Assembly: GCA_965216875.1 (NCBI GenBank)
Contig: OZ244207.1
Location: 4,224,001-4,288,000, forward strand
From: Rubripirellula sp.
Lineage (GTDB): Bacteria > Planctomycetota > Planctomycetia > Pirellulales > Pirellulaceae
Length of the DNA: 64,000 bases
Direction: 5' to 3'
Below are positions 61,878 to 64,000 of the stretch, in pieces. Positions within the stretch are counted from its first letter, which is position 1. Every line of letters starts with the position of its first letter. The position numbers and the translations under genes are program-made. The notes below the pieces were generated by a model that saw only the letters and a list, made by a program, of their open reading frames with translations, searched no databases and was not told the DNA's origin.

Positions 61878-62891
61878 ATGCGAATCTTCGTCGGCGAATA
61901 CGTGTGTGGCGGCGGTCTGGCCGACACGCCCATCGATCAAATTCCCTCCAGCTTGCGCGAGGAGGGAACAGCGATGCTGCGTGCCATCGTCTCGGATCTT
62001 TCCGCAGTCGCCAGCACCGTCGTCCCGCTCGACTCACGTCTGGGACTTGATGTCGATGCGACCGAGTCATTCCAGGTCGATTCAACGCAACCGCTCTGGC
62101 CCCAGTGGATCGCGGCCGCACAAAGTTGCGACTCCGCTTTGATCGTCGCTCCGGAAAGCGATGGCATCCTTGCCAAGGCTGCCGCAATGTTGCGAGCAAG
62201 CGGCGTCGAAGTGATCGCTGGCAGCGGTGACTTCTTGCGTGTCGCCAGCGACAAACTGCAAACCGCAAAGTTGCTTAATGCGTCGAGTGTCGCGCATCCG
62301 CCCTACATGGCATTGTCCGATCGGCGGATGGAGTCACAGCTCCGCGGATTCAAAAAGTTCGTCGTCAAACCTCGCGATGGTTGCGGCACCGAACAAATCC
62401 ACACATTTGATTCGTTCGAAGCAGCTGTCGAGGAACTCACCGACCGAACGCTCCTGCAAGCATGGATGCCGGGTCAACCCGTTTCCATTGCCGTTGTCAC
62501 GTCAGAAACACAGCAAACGTTCTTGCCAGCGGTGCGTCAGATCATCTCCGACTCCGACTGCCATTACGCTGGCGGCTGCGGTCCACTCGACGACGAATCA
62601 CAGCGACGCGCGACCGCGCTTGCGTCGCGAGCAATCATGGCAATGCCGCCAACGGCGCGCGGCTTTGTCGGCCTCGACTTGCTGCTTGGCGATCGAGCAA
62701 GCGAGGACTACGTTATCGAGATCAATCCGCGGCTCACAACCTCCTACGTCGGCCTTCGGAAAATGATCCACGGCAACCTTGCCGCGCGACTTTTCGACCT
62801 CGAAACGGGCCCCGTCTCTTGTAGTGCGTCGGTGGAATCGATTCGCTGGACACCGGACGGCCAAGTCATGGACGCGGCTGGGATCGAGTGA
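61878..62891 (+). CDS. mfnD: ATP-grasp ligase, MfnD-like (tyramine-glutamate ligase, methanofuran pathway)
   Basis: IFVGEY..GG, SLREEG.AML, IVAPESDG.L, SDK, KPRDGCG, GFVGLD, VIEINPRLTTSYVGL; coupled to an MfnF-like gene. Confidence 0.75.
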   Translation: MRIFVGEYVCGGGLADTPIDQIPSSLREEGTAMLRAIVSDLSAVASTVVPLDSRLGLDVDATESFQVDSTQPLWPQWIAAAQSCDSALIVAPESDGILAKAAAMLRASGVEVIAGSGDFLRVASDKLQTAKLLNASSVAHPPYMALSDRRMESQLRGFKKFVVKPRDGCGTEQIHTFDSFEAAVEELTDRTLLQAWMPGQPVSIAVVTSETQQTFLPAVRQIISDSDCHYAGGCGPLDDESQRRATALASRAIMAMPPTARGFVGLDLLLGDRASEDYVIEINPRLTTSYVGLRKMIHGNLAARLFDLETGPVSCSASVESIRWTPDGQVMDAAGIE

Positions 62892-63916
62892 GCGACGACA
62901 CAGGTTTCGACATCGTTGGCGTCGACATCGGCGGCGCAAACTTGAAGTACGCGAGTGCAAGCGGGAAAAAAACCTTCTCGCGCCACTTCGCGATGTGGCG
63001 CACGCCCGACCAACTCGCCGAAACACTCGCGCACGATTTGCAAACCCATTTCTCGGGGCTCCGCCGCCTGGTGGTGACGATGACCGGTGAACTGGCCGAT
63101 TGTTTCGTCGATCGTGCCGAGGGGGTTTCGTCGATCGTCACCCATGTCCAGCAGGCCGCAGCAAAGCTGAACCTTCCCGAAACAAGCTATTACGGCGTCG
63201 ATGGTTCGTTTCACAGTGCGGATGAAGCCGCAGAGCAAGTGGATGTGATCGCAGCGGCCAATTGGCACGCGACGGCAAGCTTTGTCGCCCGCCAAATCGC
63301 CCCTTCCTGCACGCTGATCGACATCGGTTCAACCACCACCGACATCATTCCCATCACCGATGGCAAGGTCGCGACGACGGCCAAGACCGATTTCGATCGT
63401 TTGCAATCCGCGCAATTGGTTTACATCGGTTGTCGCCGCACTCCCGTTTGTGCCTTGGTCGATCAATTGACGTTTCGCGGTCAGTCGATCGGAGTCATGA
63501 ATGAGCTGTTTGCAACCATCGACGACGCCCGGCTCGTCCTTGGCCTCCAGCAACCACGCCCCGATGATACCGACAGTGCCGATGGGAAACCTCGCTCTGT
63601 CGCCATGGCTGCGAATCGGTTGGCACGGATGATCGGACTTGATCGGCGCGACATAAGCATTGATGACGCGCAAGAACTGGCCAATCAAGTGATCAAACCG
63701 GCGCGGCAACGAATCGCCGATGCGTTGACGGTCAATCATCAACCGGGCACGCAACTTGTTGTCGGTGGACACGGCGGCGACTTGCTTGCCTTCGATGCCG
63801 CCGAAGTGGTTTCACTTCCCGATCAGCTCGGCGTGGAGGTTTCAAGGTGCGCGCCATCGTTTGCGATTGCACGCCTGGCTGCTTTGCTGGGTGAAGAAGG
63901 GGACCACCGTTTGTAG
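62888..63916 (+). CDS. mfnF: hydantoinase/oxoprolinase-family MfnF-like protein (H4MPT/methanofuran C1 pathway orf9)
   Basis: GVDIGGANLK, VTMTGELADCF, AAANWHATA, IDIGSTTTDIIP, LVYIGCRRTP, ELFAT, RLARMIG.D. Confidence 0.8.
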   Translation: MSDDTGFDIVGVDIGGANLKYASASGKKTFSRHFAMWRTPDQLAETLAHDLQTHFSGLRRLVVTMTGELADCFVDRAEGVSSIVTHVQQAAAKLNLPETSYYGVDGSFHSADEAAEQVDVIAAANWHATASFVARQIAPSCTLIDIGSTTTDIIPITDGKVATTAKTDFDRLQSAQLVYIGCRRTPVCALVDQLTFRGQSIGVMNELFATIDDARLVLGLQQPRPDDTDSADGKPRSVAMAANRLARMIGLDRRDISIDDAQELANQVIKPARQRIADALTVNHQPGTQLVVGGHGGDLLAFDAAEVVSLPDQLGVEVSRCAPSFAIARLAALLGEEGDHRL

Positions 63917-63967
63917 TCCCGCCTTTAGGCGGAACAGGAGAAGATTCCGGCTAAAGCTCGGTACTAC
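63913..63967. repeat. Family B REP doublet
   Basis: GTAGTCCCGCCTTTAGGCGGAA..TTCCGGCTAAAGCTCGGTACTAC. Confidence 0.85.
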
Positions 63968-64000
63968 AAACCGATGTCGCTCTAAAACGATTCTTCATTC

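Overview
A 64-kb chromosomal window of a planctomycete, most likely Pirellulaceae (Rhodopirellula/Stieleria/Rubripirellula-like). The assignment is inferred from DUF1549/DUF1553 and DUF1501 genes, a MoxR/DUF58/BatA cluster, methanofuran-pathway genes and GTAG-type REP repeats. Housekeeping content: YhaN-like ATPase (5'-truncated), SDR, mutS, upp/nupC, tRNA-Cys(GCA), tRNA-Ser(TGA), csp/rhlE-like helicase, sufR-sufCBD-sufT, mfnD/mfnF-like C1-cofactor genes, and an iron locus (hemP, ferritin-like, 2Fe-2S ferredoxin) with Fur-like boxes. The most notable element is an ~18-kb same-strand cluster (14462-32557): DUF1549/1553 CxxCH protein, Tat DUF1501, 10-EF-hand protein, MoxR, DUF58, BatA/vWA, DUF4175-like, vWA/GATase, BlaI, BlaR1(M56)-WD40 and a C13-like secreted protein. 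The same AGAC-N5-GTCT inverted repeat lies in sigma70-like promoters at the head of the cluster and in front of blaI, suggesting a BlaI/BlaR-controlled envelope regulon. Several proteins look like pseudo-enzymes (S49 without Ser/Lys, TlpA without CxxC, ferritin-like with a degenerate ferroxidase centre). Intergenic DNA is a mosaic of at least six REP-like hairpin families showing compensatory base changes. No transposase, integrase, prophage or CRISPR array was seen. All family calls are from motif recognition by eye, not database searches.
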